Assembly: GCA_030622635.1 (NCBI GenBank)
Contig: JAUXFX010000001.1
Span: 306-64,305, forward strand
From: Bacteroidota bacterium
GTDB lineage: Bacteria; Bacteroidota; Bacteroidia; Bacteroidales; JADFUO01
Direction: 5' to 3'
Length of the DNA stretch: 64,000 bases
In this document: piece after piece, positions 47,324 through 58,421 of the stretch
How positions within the stretch are numbered: position 1 is the first letter of the stretch
Layout: every line of letters starts with the position of its first letter
Made by a program: the position numbers and the translations under genes
Notes under the pieces: generated by a model
The model's input: only the letters and a program-made list of their open reading frames with translations
The model's database searches: none
Told to the model about the DNA's origin: nothing

Positions 47324-48982
47324 ATGGAAAAAAACAAAAATGTAACTTATTCGGTTAGTCCCTCCGGTGAAAAATTTGCAATTCCTCAAAAGGAAAATTA
47401 TGCAAAAGAATTCAAACAACTTGAAGAGAAGGTTAATAAAGCTCGTAAAGAAGGTAAAGAAATTGTTGTTGTAATGGGTGTTGGTTTTGTTGGTGCAGTT
47501 ATGGCAGCAATTGTAGCTGACACCGAAGACAAAAACGGTAATCCAAGTAAATTTGTAATTGGATGCCAAAGACCAAGCCTTAGAAGTTACTGGAAAATTC
47601 CAGTATTAAACAGAGGTGAATCACCTGTAAAAGCTGAAGACCCGGAAGTAGATGAATTGATCAAGAGATGCGTTAATGATAAAAAAACTCTTATTGCTAC
47701 ATATCACAGCGATTGTTTAAAACTTGCTGATTGTGTTGTTGTTGATGTTCAATGTGATTATACAAAACAAGAGCTTGGAAACATGAAAACGGGCGAAGCC
47801 GATATGGCAGCTCTTGAAGCCACTTTGAAAACAATTGGTGGAAAAATCCCTGAAAATTGTTTAGTATTAATTGAAACAACCGTTGCTCCGGGAACTACAG
47901 AATTTGTTGCATGGCCTATTCTTAAAAAAGAATTTAAAAAACGCGGAATGGAAGCCATTCCATTATTATCACATAGTTTTGAAAGAGTTATGCCCGGAAA
48001 AGAATACGTATCAAGCATACGCGATTTCTGGCGTGTTTGTTCAGGATGCAATAAAGAAGCACGTGATAGAGTTGAAAAATTTCTGCATGAAGTCTTAAAT
48101 ACAAAAGATTTTCCCTTAACTGTGATGGACAGACCTATTGAATCTGAAACTACAAAAATCGTTGAAAACTCATATCGTGCAACAATCTTAGCTTATCTGA
48201 ACGAATGGAGTCTTTTCGCAGAACGTAACGGTGTTGATTTAATCAAAGTTATCAAGGCAATAAAAATGCGTCCGACTCATAGTAATATGATTTTCCCGGG
48301 TCCCGGAATTGGCGGATATTGTTTACCTAAAGATGGTGGACTTGGTTACTGGGCATATAAACATATTCTTGGATTTGAAGATGGTGATGAAATATTCAAA
48401 ATTACTCCTACAGCAATTGATATTAATGACACTCGTTCGTTGCACGTTGCTCAGCTAACCCGCGATGCTTTGCGTAACATGTCGAGATATATTGCAGGAG
48501 CTGATGTTCTGATTGCAGGAGCGAGCTACAGGGAGGATGTAGGTGATACACGTTATAGCGGAAGCGAAATGGTTGTTCGCAAATTAAGCGAAATGGGTGC
48601 AGAAATGCGTGTTCATGATCCTTATGTTGAACATTGGTATGAACTGGAAACACAAGATACTTATCCTGCACCAGGATATTCATGGGCTCGCTTTTTCCGC
48701 AATCAGGAGCATTTGGTTGATATTCGTGTTCAAAAAGATTTAAGTAAAGCTCTTAAAGGCGTTGAAGCATTTATTTTAGCAGTGCCTCATGAAGAATATC
48801 TTGATCTTTCACCTGATGATATTGTAAAATGGGCAGGTCAGCCAATTGCTGTGATTGATTGCTTCGGGATACTTACAGATGATAAAATTCGCCGATACTA
48901 TGAACTTGGTTGCGAAGTCAAAGCTCTCGGACGTGGTCATCTTCAACGTATTAAGAAGGAAGTGAAAAATGGGCAAGAATAA
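47324..48982 (+). CDS. Nucleotide-sugar dehydrogenase (UDP-glucose/GDP-mannose dehydrogenase family), long form
   Basis: 552 aa. It has a Rossmann motif VMGVGFVGAVMA and the catalytic-Cys motif GIGGYCLPKDG. It is longer than the roughly 400-440 aa usual for the family, so I do not call a substrate. Confidence 0.7.
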   Translation: MEKNKNVTYSVSPSGEKFAIPQKENYAKEFKQLEEKVNKARKEGKEIVVVMGVGFVGAVMAAIVADTEDKNGNPSKFVIGCQRPSLRSYWKIPVLNRGESPVKAEDPEVDELIKRCVNDKKTLIATYHSDCLKLADCVVVDVQCDYTKQELGNMKTGEADMAALEATLKTIGGKIPENCLVLIETTVAPGTTEFVAWPILKKEFKKRGMEAIPLLSHSFERVMPGKEYVSSIRDFWRVCSGCNKEARDRVEKFLHEVLNTKDFPLTVMDRPIESETTKIVENSYRATILAYLNEWSLFAERNGVDLIKVIKAIKMRPTHSNMIFPGPGIGGYCLPKDGGLGYWAYKHILGFEDGDEIFKITPTAIDINDTRSLHVAQLTRDALRNMSRYIAGADVLIAGASYREDVGDTRYSGSEMVVRKLSEMGAEMRVHDPYVEHWYELETQDTYPAPGYSWARFFRNQEHLVDIRVQKDLSKALKGVEAFILAVPHEEYLDLSPDDIVKWAGQPIAVIDCFGILTDDKIRRYYELGCEVKALGRGHLQRIKKEVKNGQE

Positions 48983-49006
48983 TCCGAATATTTTAAATAT
49001 TAACCA

Positions 49007-49050
49007 AATAATCCCCTGAAACATTATTTCTTCGGGGGATTATTTTTTTA
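49007..49050 (+). terminator. Rho-independent terminator
   Basis: A perfect 10-bp stem aataatcccc / ggggattatt with an 18-nt loop, followed by a T-run. It starts 25 nt after the stop at 48982. Confidence 0.75.
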
Positions 49051-49163
49051 TAATTATTCAGTTTATGAAAAATCTTATAATTTTTATGGTAACAATAAAA
49101 ATGTTTGTATTATCAATGATAATATAAAAAAATATTAACTTTACAGTTAATTTTATTTAGATA

Positions 49164-50396
49164 ATGGATATACAGTCAATAAAACAACGATTTGGAATAA
49201 TTGGCAATTCACCTTTGCTTAACAGGGCAATTGATATTGCACGGCAGGTTGCCCCCACTGATATAACTGTTTTGATAACCGGTGAAAGCGGAACAGGAAA
49301 AGAAGTTTTTCCGAAAATAATTCATCAGTTAAGTGCAAGAAAGCACGGACCATACATAGCAGTTAATTGTGGAGCAATTCCCGAAGGCACTATTGATTCA
49401 GAATTATTCGGGCATGAGAAAGGTTCATTTACCGGCGCTCACGAGGCTCGCAAAGGATATTTTGAAGTTGTTAACGGCGGTACTATTTTCTTAGATGAAA
49501 TTGCCGAACTTCCTTTATCAACACAGGTTAGATTGCTGCGAGTCCTTGAAACAGGTGAATTTCTTAAAGTAGGATCATCAAAAGTAATTAAAGTAGATGT
49601 AAGAGTAGTTGCCGCTTCAAATGTTGATGTACCAGAAGCAATCAGAGAAGGGAAATTCAGGCAGGACTTGTTTTATCGTTTAAATACCGTACCTATTTAT
49701 GTTCCTCCTTTAAGAGAAAGAAAAGATGATATAATCTTACTTTTCAGGAAATTTGCTTCTGATTTTGCTGAAAAATATCGTATGCCTTCATTGCAGTTAG
49801 ACGAAGATGCAAAAAAAGTTCTTATTAATTATCGCTGGCAGGGAAATATCAGAGAATTGAAAAATATTACAGAACAAATTTCAATTATTGAACAAAACAG
49901 GACAATAACTGCCGATATACTCTGGAAATATTTACCCTTAAGCCATACAAATAAATTACCCGTACTTTATAAAAAAGAAAGTGCTAAAAGCGAATTTTCT
50001 GAAAGAGACCTGCTTTATAAGGTACTTTTTGATATGAAAAGAGATATAAACGACTTGAAAAAAATTGTTGTTGAAATTCTGCAAAGCGACGGAGATGATA
50101 AAGCTATTCATGAAAACAAACACCATCTGATCAAACAATTATATCAGGATATTGACTCGACTGACAAGGAAGACAGCGAAAATATTGAAATTCAACAAAA
50201 TATTGAAGAAACAATAAATGAGCCAATCCAACATTCGGAAGTTCTTGAAGAATCGCTTTCTCTTCAAAAAAAAGAAATTGATATGATAAAAAAGGCACTT
50301 GAAAAATATAATGGAAAACGCAAAATTGCTGCAAAAGAATTAGGCATATCCGAAAGAACACTCTATAGAAAAATTAAAGAATATAATATAAAATAA
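49164..50396 (+). CDS. Sigma-54-dependent transcriptional activator (bEBP) lacking an N-terminal sensory domain
   Basis: 410 aa. The AAA+ domain starts near residue 10 ([14 protein letters not shown] sigma-54 contact loop, RVVAASN). The C-terminus has a Fis-type [22 protein letters not shown]. Confidence 0.85.
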   Translation: MDIQSIKQRFGIIGNSPLLNRAIDIARQVAPTDITVLITGESGTGKEVFPKIIHQLSARKHGPYIAVNCGAIPEGTIDSELFGHEKGSFTGAHEARKGYFEVVNGGTIFLDEIAELPLSTQVRLLRVLETGEFLKVGSSKVIKVDVRVVAASNVDVPEAIREGKFRQDLFYRLNTVPIYVPPLRERKDDIILLFRKFASDFAEKYRMPSLQLDEDAKKVLINYRWQGNIRELKNITEQISIIEQNRTITADILWKYLPLSHTNKLPVLYKKESAKSEFSERDLLYKVLFDMKRDINDLKKIVVEILQSDGDDKAIHENKHHLIKQLYQDIDSTDKEDSENIEIQQNIEETINEPIQHSEVLEESLSLQKKEIDMIKKALEKYNGKRKIAAKELGISERTLYRKIKEYNIK

Positions 50397-50464
50397 CTTA
50401 TAACAGCATAGGTGCTAATAAAATATTATTTTAACAAACTGTTACAAAGCAATAGTATAAATAG

Positions 50465-50971
50465 ATGAAGCGTTTAATCATAATTTCTGTAATACTAACC
50501 GGTTTGTTTCACATTTCCGGTTGTGGTGTTTATTCTTTCACAGGTGCATCAATACCTGCAGAAGCAAAAACAATTTCGATTCAGCATTTTCCAAACAATG
50601 CTTCTATGATTGAACCCACATTAAGTCAGGCTTTTACCGATGCCTTGCGGGATAAATTTGTTTCTCAAACTAATTTAATCCTGGTACAAAAAAGAGGTGA
50701 TTTGATGATAGATGGTGCAATTATTGCTTATACGGTTAAACCTGTTGCAATTCAATCTGACCAAACTGCTGCACTGAACCGTTTGACTATTACTGTAAAT
50801 GTAAGATTTACAAATATTTTTGATGAAAGCAAAGATTTTGAAACAAGCTTTACAAGATATGAAGATTATCCAAGCGATGAGGATCTTGCTATTGTGCAAC
50901 AAGATTTAATTGTTCAGATAAATGAAATGCTTGTTGATGATATCTTTAACAAGGCTGTTGTTAACTGGTAA
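50465..50971 (+). CDS. lptE: LptE-family lipoprotein (LPS assembly)
   Basis: 168 aa. The lipobox ISGCGVYSFTGASIP and the position after the sigma-54 activator match what I recall for Bacteroidota LptE-family genes. Confidence 0.55.
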   Translation: MKRLIIISVILTGLFHISGCGVYSFTGASIPAEAKTISIQHFPNNASMIEPTLSQAFTDALRDKFVSQTNLILVQKRGDLMIDGAIIAYTVKPVAIQSDQTAALNRLTITVNVRFTNIFDESKDFETSFTRYEDYPSDEDLAIVQQDLIVQINEMLVDDIFNKAVVNW

Positions 50972-51055
50972 AGATTACAAAGAAAAATATACAGAGACTT
51001 CGCATAGGTATTAACTTAAGTATTAAAATGATTATTTTATACATATTTGAATAAC

Positions 51056-51167
51056 GGTGATGGTAAAGGTTAGGAAGCCGGTTTGGGTAAAGGAAAATGG
51101 GTAGGTGTAAAAAAACGTTACCCTTACCTCTAAACCAAACAGGCCTCTTAACCCTAACCCTATAACC
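51056..51167. repeat. Imperfect long inverted repeat: G/T-rich arm then C/A-rich arm
   Basis: The arms are ggtgatggtaaaggttaggaagccggtttgggtaaaggaaaatgggtaggtg and cgttacccttacctctaaaccaaacaggcctcttaaccctaaccctataacc. Shared complementary blocks are ggttagg, gcc, gtttgg and gggta. Confidence 0.6.
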
Positions 51168-51200
51168 AAAACAAACAAATATCAAAATCGCAATTTATAA

Positions 51201-51935
51201 ATGAACCGTCAGCAATTTGTAAATTTTATTAAATCTCCTAATGAAATTAATGCCCAAAGCGTTAATTTGTTTGAGCAGGTGACAAAAGATTTTCCCTATT
51301 GCCAGTCTGCCGAAATTCTTTATGTTTTAAATTTATTTAAAGAAAAAAGTATAAAATATGATAATCAACTAAAAATTGCAGCTGCATACGCTTCAAATCG
51401 TAAAATCCTTAAAAAACTGATTGATAATATTAATTTTACTGAAGAAAAAATTGAGCTGCCAGACGAATATACTCCCGAAACAACTAAACAGGAAAAAGAA
51501 AAAGAAGGACAGAAATTAAGTAAAACGGATGAATTAAAAAAAATAATTGAGGAACGACTTAAAGAAATCAAAGACGAAAAACAAAAAAACAAAACAAAAT
51601 CAGACCAGATACATTATACCGTTGAAACTATTTTAAACAAAAAAACAAGCGTTTCTGATAAAAATTTAAAATCAAAAAGCGAGTTAATTGACAAATTCAT
51701 TAAGGACGAACCCGGCATCACGCGTATGAAAACCGGTTTTTACAATCCTGTTGATTCAGCCCGCCAAAGTATAGTTGATGAGGAAAATATTGTTAGCGAG
51801 ACTCTTGCAAAAATTTATTATGACCAGGGGATTTATTACAAGGCAATAAAAATTTATGAAAAATTAAGTTTGAAATTTCCGGAAAAAAGTAGTACATTTG
51901 CAGCCCGAATTAAAAAAATTCAGGAACTCAAATAA
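51201..51935 (+). CDS. Hypothetical protein with C-terminal TPR-like motif
   Basis: 244 aa with a lysine/glutamate-rich centre. The C-terminus is LAKIYYDQGIYYKAIKIYEKLSLKFPEKS. Confidence 0.45.
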   Translation: MNRQQFVNFIKSPNEINAQSVNLFEQVTKDFPYCQSAEILYVLNLFKEKSIKYDNQLKIAAAYASNRKILKKLIDNINFTEEKIELPDEYTPETTKQEKEKEGQKLSKTDELKKIIEERLKEIKDEKQKNKTKSDQIHYTVETILNKKTSVSDKNLKSKSELIDKFIKDEPGITRMKTGFYNPVDSARQSIVDEENIVSETLAKIYYDQGIYYKAIKIYEKLSLKFPEKSSTFAARIKKIQELK

Positions 51936-51979
51936 ATAAAACAAAAAAAATATCATTATTTAATTTAAAAAACAAAAAA

Positions 51980-52312
51980 ATGGGCACATATATTTTAATT
52001 TCAGTTTTAATACTTATAACTTGTATTCTTTTGATTTTAGTTGTTTTGGTGCAAAATTCCAAAGGAGGCGGACTTGCTTCAAATTTTGCCGGGTCAAATC
52101 AATACATGGGTGTAAGAAAGACCGCTGATTTTCTTGAAAAAACAACATGGTCATTAGCAATTGCTTTACTGGTTCTTAGCTTGTTTTCAATATTTTTAAT
52201 TCCAAGAGACACTGACGTTCAGTCAACATTTGATACTGAACTGAGAGAGCAAATTGACAATTCGCAAACCCAGCCTATTGAGGATTATCAGGCACCTCCC
52301 CCACAGGAATAA
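51980..52312 (+). CDS. secG: Preprotein translocase subunit SecG
   Basis: 110 aa. It has two TM helices and the LLILVVLVQNSKGGGL motif. Confidence 0.8.
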   Translation: MGTYILISVLILITCILLILVVLVQNSKGGGLASNFAGSNQYMGVRKTADFLEKTTWSLAIALLVLSLFSIFLIPRDTDVQSTFDTELREQIDNSQTQPIEDYQAPPPQE

Positions 52313-52621
52313 ACAAAGATAATTAATAATCCTTGTTTGTAACTTTTTATTTGGTGATTTATTTCCTTATAAATATTTATATGAATAGCCAAGATTCTGA
52401 TCTGACATAAGTTAAATTTTGAATTTTTTGTTTTTCCACCTATCCCTAACCCTTTCCCCCACGGGAGAAAGGGGATAATTACTTCGAAATTCAGTGTTTT
52501 ATATTTGATAAGAATGTAAACTGAACGAAAAAGAGTTTGCAAATTTTTAAATTTCTTTTAAATCAAGTTAATAAAATGTCAGAATGTCATAAAACCCTGT
52601 CATTTTTCTAATTTTCCACTT

Positions 52622-52636
52622 TGGCACAAAATATGC
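52622..52636 (+). promoter_or_regulatory. Candidate sigma-54 (-24/-12) promoter upstream of groES
   Basis: TGGCAC-aaaat-ATGC has exact GG-N10-GC spacing and one mismatch to TGGCAC-N5-TTGC. It lies 60 nt upstream of ATG 52696. Confidence 0.4.
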
Positions 52637-52695
52637 CAGTGCGAAATTGTATTTTTAGGAAATTACATATTGTCTAACAAAAAAAATTATTTATT

Positions 52696-52974
52696 ATGGC
52701 AAAATTAAATATTAAACCATTAGCAGATCGGGTGATTATTGAGCCTGCTGCTGCTGAAGAAATAACTGCCGGTGGAATTATTATTCCTGATACTGCTAAA
52801 GAAAAACCCCTGAAAGGAAAAATTGTAGCAATCGGAACCGGTAAAAAAGATGAACCGCTAACTGTAAAAGTTGGTGATAACGTTTTATACGGAAAATATG
52901 CCGGTACTGAAATTACTATTGATGGCAATGATTATCTGATCATGCGTGAATCGGATGTTGTAGCTATTGTTTAA
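52696..52974 (+). CDS. groES: Co-chaperonin GroES
   Basis: 92 aa. It has [12 protein letters not shown]...[13 protein letters not shown]. Confidence 0.95.
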   Translation: MAKLNIKPLADRVIIEPAAAEEITAGGIIIPDTAKEKPLKGKIVAIGTGKKDEPLTVKVGDNVLYGKYAGTEITIDGNDYLIMRESDVVAIV

Positions 52975-52987
52975 AAAGAAAATTTAA

Positions 52988-54661
<1,674 letters not shown>

Positions 54662-54688
54662 AATACAAAAGTTTCGTATATAATAATT

Positions 54689-54717
54689 AGCCCTTCAAAA
54701 TTTGTGGGGCTTTTTTT
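54689..54717 (+). terminator. Terminator-like hairpin plus T-run after groEL
   Basis: An agccc ... gggct stem is followed by ttttttt. Confidence 0.5.
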
Positions 54718-54723
54718 ATGTAG

Positions 54724-54731
54724 TATATTTG
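54724..54731 (+). promoter_or_regulatory. TAnnTTTG box (TATATTTG)
   Basis: It lies 50 nt upstream of ATG 54781. Confidence 0.35.
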
Positions 54732-54780
54732 CAATATATATAATAATTTTCAGTTTAAAATCAAAAAAAACTACTAACTG

Positions 54781-55329
54781 ATGAAAAAGCAAATATTATC
54801 AACATTAGTAATTTTATTTATTTTTAATAATGTCTTTTGTCAGGAAGATATAAAATCAAAATATCCAATTGATATAGAAACACAGTTAATTACCTATCAG
54901 GAAGTTGTTCAGGAAGAGGGCACAAAAGATGAGTTGTTTAATCGTTGTATTAACTGGCTTAATAATTTTTATAATAATCCTGTTAGCGTTACTAAAGTTC
55001 GCGATAATAAAACAGGTAAAATAAGAGGTAATCACCGCTTCAGACTTAATTATTTTGATAAAGACGGGAATAAACTGGATGGAGCTATGGTTTTATATTC
55101 ATTTGTAATTGAGCTTAAAGACGGACGATACAGGTATACAATTACTGATTTTGTGCTAAAAAAAGCTTCACGCTATCCAGTTGAAAAATGGCTTGACAAA
55201 TCAGATCCTGCGTATAATCCGCAATGGAATAAATACCTTAAACAGCTTGCAGATTTTGTTGCCGGATGGACGGAAAATTTAAAAATGAAGATGAAACCCG
55301 CACCGGAGAAAGTGGAAGAAGAATGGTAA
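54781..55329 (+). CDS. Secreted protein, DUF4468-like
   Basis: 182 aa with a signal peptide. The pattern ITYQEVVQ...ELFNRCINWLN...VTKVRDNKTGKIRG is reminiscent of DUF4468 (from memory). Confidence 0.5.
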   Translation: MKKQILSTLVILFIFNNVFCQEDIKSKYPIDIETQLITYQEVVQEEGTKDELFNRCINWLNNFYNNPVSVTKVRDNKTGKIRGNHRFRLNYFDKDGNKLDGAMVLYSFVIELKDGRYRYTITDFVLKKASRYPVEKWLDKSDPAYNPQWNKYLKQLADFVAGWTENLKMKMKPAPEKVEEEW

Positions 55330-56372
55330 AACAGACATCATCTTCAAAAAAAGACATCAGAGCTATCTCTATCGAGGAGATTAAAGAATTCATGATAAAT
55401 AATAACGAAAAACATTTTCGTGCAAAACAGGTTTATGAATGGCTTTGGAAAAAGTCAGCCTTCTCGTTTGAAGAAATGACCAACCTATCTAAAAAAACCC
55501 GTGAACTTCTTAATTCCAATTTTGTAATAAATTCAATAAAAATTAATTCACAGCAGAAAAGCAAAGACGGAACAATAAAAATTGCTTTCGGGCTTTTTGA
55601 TGGAAATGTTGTTGAGGGTGTACTTATTCCAGGTTCCGACAGGATAACAGCTTGTATTTCTTCGCAGGTTGGATGTGCTTTAAACTGTAAATTTTGTGCA
55701 ACCGGGCAATTCGGATTTATAAGAGATTTGAATTTTGATGAGATTTATGACCAGGTTGTAATTATCTCAAAAACAGCACTTGATAATTATAAAATTTTAT
55801 TGTCAAACATTGTTTATATGGGCATGGGCGAACCTATGTTGAATTATAAAAATGTTATGAAATCGGTTGAAATAATTACTTCTGCAGATGGACTTGCAAT
55901 GTCTCCCCAAAGAATAACCGTTTCAACGGTAGGCATTGCTACAAAAATCAAGCAACTTGGCGATGACAACGCAAAATTCAACTTGGCAATTTCGCTTCAT
56001 ACGGCAAATGATAATAAACGCAGCAGCATTATGCCCGTTAATAAACAAAATTCAATAAAAAAACTTGTTGAAGCTTTAAAATATTTTCATTCCAAAACAA
56101 ATAAAAGAATTACAATTGAATATATTTTATTTAAAAATTTTAACGATTCATTATTCGATGCCAAAGAATTAGCGGATTTTTGTAAAAACTTCCCGGTGAA
56201 AATAAATATTATTGAATACAATACAGTTGAAGGAAGTGGTTTTAGCAAAGCTGACAATGAAAAAATGAATGAATTTGTGGATTTTATGAAAAGTAAAAAT
56301 TTGATAGTAAATATCAGGAAAAGTCGTGGAAAGGATATTGATGCAGCTTGCGGACAATTGGCAAACCGTTAA
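55323..56372 (+). CDS. rlmN: 23S rRNA/tRNA (adenine-C2)-methyltransferase RlmN (radical SAM)
   Basis: It has CALNCKFCATG (CxxxCxxC), GMGEP and FRAKQVYEWLW. I prefer ATG 55323 (7-nt overlap with the upstream stop) to the track start 55266. Confidence 0.9.
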   Translation: MVKQTSSSKKDIRAISIEEIKEFMINNNEKHFRAKQVYEWLWKKSAFSFEEMTNLSKKTRELLNSNFVINSIKINSQQKSKDGTIKIAFGLFDGNVVEGVLIPGSDRITACISSQVGCALNCKFCATGQFGFIRDLNFDEIYDQVVIISKTALDNYKILLSNIVYMGMGEPMLNYKNVMKSVEIITSADGLAMSPQRITVSTVGIATKIKQLGDDNAKFNLAISLHTANDNKRSSIMPVNKQNSIKKLVEALKYFHSKTNKRITIEYILFKNFNDSLFDAKELADFCKNFPVKINIIEYNTVEGSGFSKADNEKMNEFVDFMKSKNLIVNIRKSRGKDIDAACGQLANR

Positions 56373-56494
56373 AAAACTTATTTGTACTTTAGTTTTGAAT
56401 TTTTAAATCAATATCATGAAACATCCATGACAAGTTAATTTTTACACACCCTGTACATCTTATTACAGGGCAAGCAAGGGAATGATTATATAAT

Positions 56495-56571
56495 GAAATT
56501 TGAAATTTGAAATTCGAAATTTAAAAAACTTATTTTAACAGCCTAATTTCAAATATCCAATTTCTAATTTC
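56495..56571. repeat. Syllable hairpin: (GAAATTT)x4 arm and (AAATTTC)-type arm
   Basis: The arms are gaaatttgaaatttgaaattcgaaattt ... aatttcaaatatccaatttctaatttc. Confidence 0.8.
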
Positions 56572-56636
56572 TGAATATGAATTTTTCTAAAAATTATAAG
56601 TAATAGAAAATAAATTAACTACAAGAATATAAACAG

Positions 56637-58271
56637 ATGGAAAACACTTATTCAATATCAGGAAACATAGTTGATATAGTAAACCGGAAAATTTTTCAGG
56701 GGACAATTACCGTTAAAAACGGTAAAATATTTTCAATAACAAAAGAAAAAACCAATAACACAAATTACATTGTTCCCGGGCTGATTGATGCTCATATCCA
56801 TATTGAAAGTTCAATGCTTATTCCTTCGGAATTTGCACGTTTGGCGGTTGTTCACGGTACTGTTGCAACTGTTTCCGACCCACACGAAATTGCAAATGTA
56901 CTGGGAATAGACGGAATTAAATATATGATAGAAAACGGAAAAAAAGTTCCGCTTAAATTTTATTTTGGTGCTTCGTCATGTGTTCCTGCAACAACCTTTG
57001 AGACAGCAGGAGCTACTCTCGGTGTTGATAAAATTGAAGAACTGTTAAAAACAGATGAGATAAAATATCTTTCAGAAATGATGAACTGGCCCGGAGTATT
57101 GTCACACGACAAAGAAGTAATGGCAAAAATTGCAGTTGCAAAAAAATATCATAAACCAATAGATGGGCACGCTCCCGGACTGAGAGGCGAGGAAGCAAAA
57201 AAATATATTGAAGCCGGTATTTCAACCGACCACGAATGCTTTACAATTGAGGAAGCGCTGGACAAAATCAAATACGGAATGAAAATAATAATAAGAGAAG
57301 GAAGTGCAGCAAAAAATTTTGAAGCATTAATTGGACTTATGAGCAAATACCCTGAAAAATTAATGTTTTGTTCTGATGACAGACATCCTAATGATCTTGA
57401 AAAATGTCATATTAACGATTTGGTAAAAAGAGCAATAAAAAAAGGATATGATCCGATTACAGTATTACGAAGCTGTGTTTATAATCCTGTTAAGCATTAT
57501 GGTCTTGAAGTTGGATTATTACAGGAAGGTGACCCTGCTGATTTTATAATTATTGACAATTTTGATAATTTTAATATTTTGGCAACATATATTGACGGAA
57601 CTAAAGTTGCTGAAAACGGAAAAACCTTAATAGATCCAATTACAGATTCTACTCCAAACAATTTTAGAACAAAACAAATAGAATTACAGGATTTGCAGAT
57701 AACACCACAATCCGATACTGTTAAAGTTATTCATGCAATTGACGGGCAATTGATTACAAATAAAATTTCAGCTAAGATAGATGTGGAAAAAAATAATGCT
57801 GAAAGTAACACAAAAAATGATGTTTTAAAATTGGTTGTGACTAACCGTTATGAACAAGCCAAACCTGCAATTGCTTTTATTAATAATTTCGGGTTAAAGA
57901 ACGGAGCAATTGCTTCGTCAGTAGCTCACGATAGTCATAATATTATTGCTGTTGGTGTTGAAGATGAAGACATTATGAACGCCATTAACCTGCTGATTAA
58001 AGAAAAAGGTGGGGTTTCACTGGCAAATGCAGATGAAAAAATAGTTCTTCCGTTACATGTAGCCGGTTTGATGTCAAATAAAGATTGTTATCTTATAGCT
58101 TCTGAATATGACAGTATTGATAAGAAAGCAAAGAAATTGGGTTCAAAGCTCAATGCTCCTTATATGACTTTATCGTTTATGGCATTATTGGTAATTCCTG
58201 AATTAAAATTAAGCGATAAGGGTTTGTTTGATGGTAATAGATTTGAATTTACACCGTTATTTGAAGAATAG
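56637..58271 (+). CDS. ade: Adenine deaminase
   Basis: 544 aa. It has GLIDAHIHIESSML and SDPHEIANV, with the two-domain length typical of Ade. Confidence 0.88.
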   Translation: MENTYSISGNIVDIVNRKIFQGTITVKNGKIFSITKEKTNNTNYIVPGLIDAHIHIESSMLIPSEFARLAVVHGTVATVSDPHEIANVLGIDGIKYMIENGKKVPLKFYFGASSCVPATTFETAGATLGVDKIEELLKTDEIKYLSEMMNWPGVLSHDKEVMAKIAVAKKYHKPIDGHAPGLRGEEAKKYIEAGISTDHECFTIEEALDKIKYGMKIIIREGSAAKNFEALIGLMSKYPEKLMFCSDDRHPNDLEKCHINDLVKRAIKKGYDPITVLRSCVYNPVKHYGLEVGLLQEGDPADFIIIDNFDNFNILATYIDGTKVAENGKTLIDPITDSTPNNFRTKQIELQDLQITPQSDTVKVIHAIDGQLITNKISAKIDVEKNNAESNTKNDVLKLVVTNRYEQAKPAIAFINNFGLKNGAIASSVAHDSHNIIAVGVEDEDIMNAINLLIKEKGGVSLANADEKIVLPLHVAGLMSNKDCYLIASEYDSIDKKAKKLGSKLNAPYMTLSFMALLVIPELKLSDKGLFDGNRFEFTPLFEE

Positions 58272-58376
58272 GTTGGTTAGTTTTATACTAATACGGATAA
58301 ATTTGGTAAACTTTTTCGATTAAGTGCCAAAATATATTTTATACATACATATATTTGAATATACTATTTTTTTTTA

Positions 58377-58384
58377 TATATTTG
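58377..58384 (+). promoter_or_regulatory. TAnnTTTG box (TATATTTG); a second copy lies at 58350-58357
   Basis: It lies 38 nt upstream of ATG 58422. Confidence 0.4.
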
Positions 58385-58421
58385 CAAAAAATTACTAATT
58401 AAACATTAAAACTTTTTCGTT

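Noticed and set aside
50961-51185. 74-aa minus-strand ORF
   Set aside because: It lies entirely within the imperfect inverted repeat 51056-51167, so it is a repeat artefact.
52288-52542. 84-aa minus-strand ORF upstream of groES
   Set aside because: It spans a small GC-rich hairpin (ccctttcccccacgggagaaagggg) and AT-rich spacer and has no recognisable protein features.
52312-52695. CIRCE/HrcA operator upstream of groES
   Set aside because: No TTAGCACTC-N9-GAGTGCTAA-like inverted repeat is present.
56373-56636. Purine riboswitch in the adenine deaminase leader (and a THF/preQ1-type element upstream of folE, 17932-18120)
   Set aside because: I could not recognise the conserved junction sequences or three-helix layout by eye. 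Only AT-rich palindromes are present. A covariance-model scan would be needed to be sure.
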